A stretch of DNA of 64,000 nucleotides from Vicugna vicugna (lineage: Eukaryota). Where the stretch lies: contig MU062353.1 of NCBI GenBank assembly GCA_013265495.1, forward strand, positions 498,648 to 562,647, in the 5' to 3' direction. Position numbers and translations under genes: made by a program. Every line of letters begins with the position of its first letter. The first letter of the stretch is position 1. Under the pieces are notes generated by a model that saw only the letters and a list, made by a program, of their open reading frames with translations, was not told where the DNA came from and did no database searches. Below are positions 63,901-64,000 of the stretch, piece after piece.

Positions 63901-64000
63901 CTAAAATAGCATTTGTTGGTGAAGTGTCGACCTCACTGCCATTTTATTTGGTATGATTTATCTGCTCCAACATAAAAACTAATCTGATTTTTATATCTTT

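Overview
Mammalian genomic DNA lying entirely inside the amyloid precursor protein gene (APP, + strand), from intron 5 to intron 11. It contains coding exon 6 (acidic domain), exon 7 (Kunitz/KPI, mostly hidden in a 180-N assembly gap), exon 8 (OX-2-like) and exons 9-11 (E2 domain, including RERMS). Visible splice sites are canonical AG/GT and fully visible exon lengths match the known APP structure. A tRNA-Ala-derived Vic-1-type SINE and a young cetartiodactyl-type L1 3' end, with no ruminant Bov-A/Bov-B or pig PRE1 elements seen, point to a camelid (alpaca/camel) draft assembly. The rest is intron with old repeats (MIR, L2, L1M, MER5/20/58/63, Tigger2a, MER74/34/21 LTRs) and lineage-specific insertions. 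No other protein-coding gene, functional RNA gene or CRISPR array is supported, and I found no demonstrable new system. The best leads are: (1) an in-frame read-through from the KPI exon into intron 7 encoding an uncharged hydrophobic C-terminus; (2) RBFOX/QKI splicing motifs around exons 7-8; (3) six HIF-type ACGTG cores in 218 bp of intron 6; (4) a 23-bp sense-strand hairpin in intron 8; (5) four 5'-inverted (twin-primed) insertions of one L1 3' end, and breakpoints of that family clustering beside a G-quadruplex motif; (6) a young solo LTR nested in an old LTR; (7) a 96-bp local duplication spanning a MER20 end. Repeat family names come from recalled consensus sequences, not from a database search; their boundaries are approximate.
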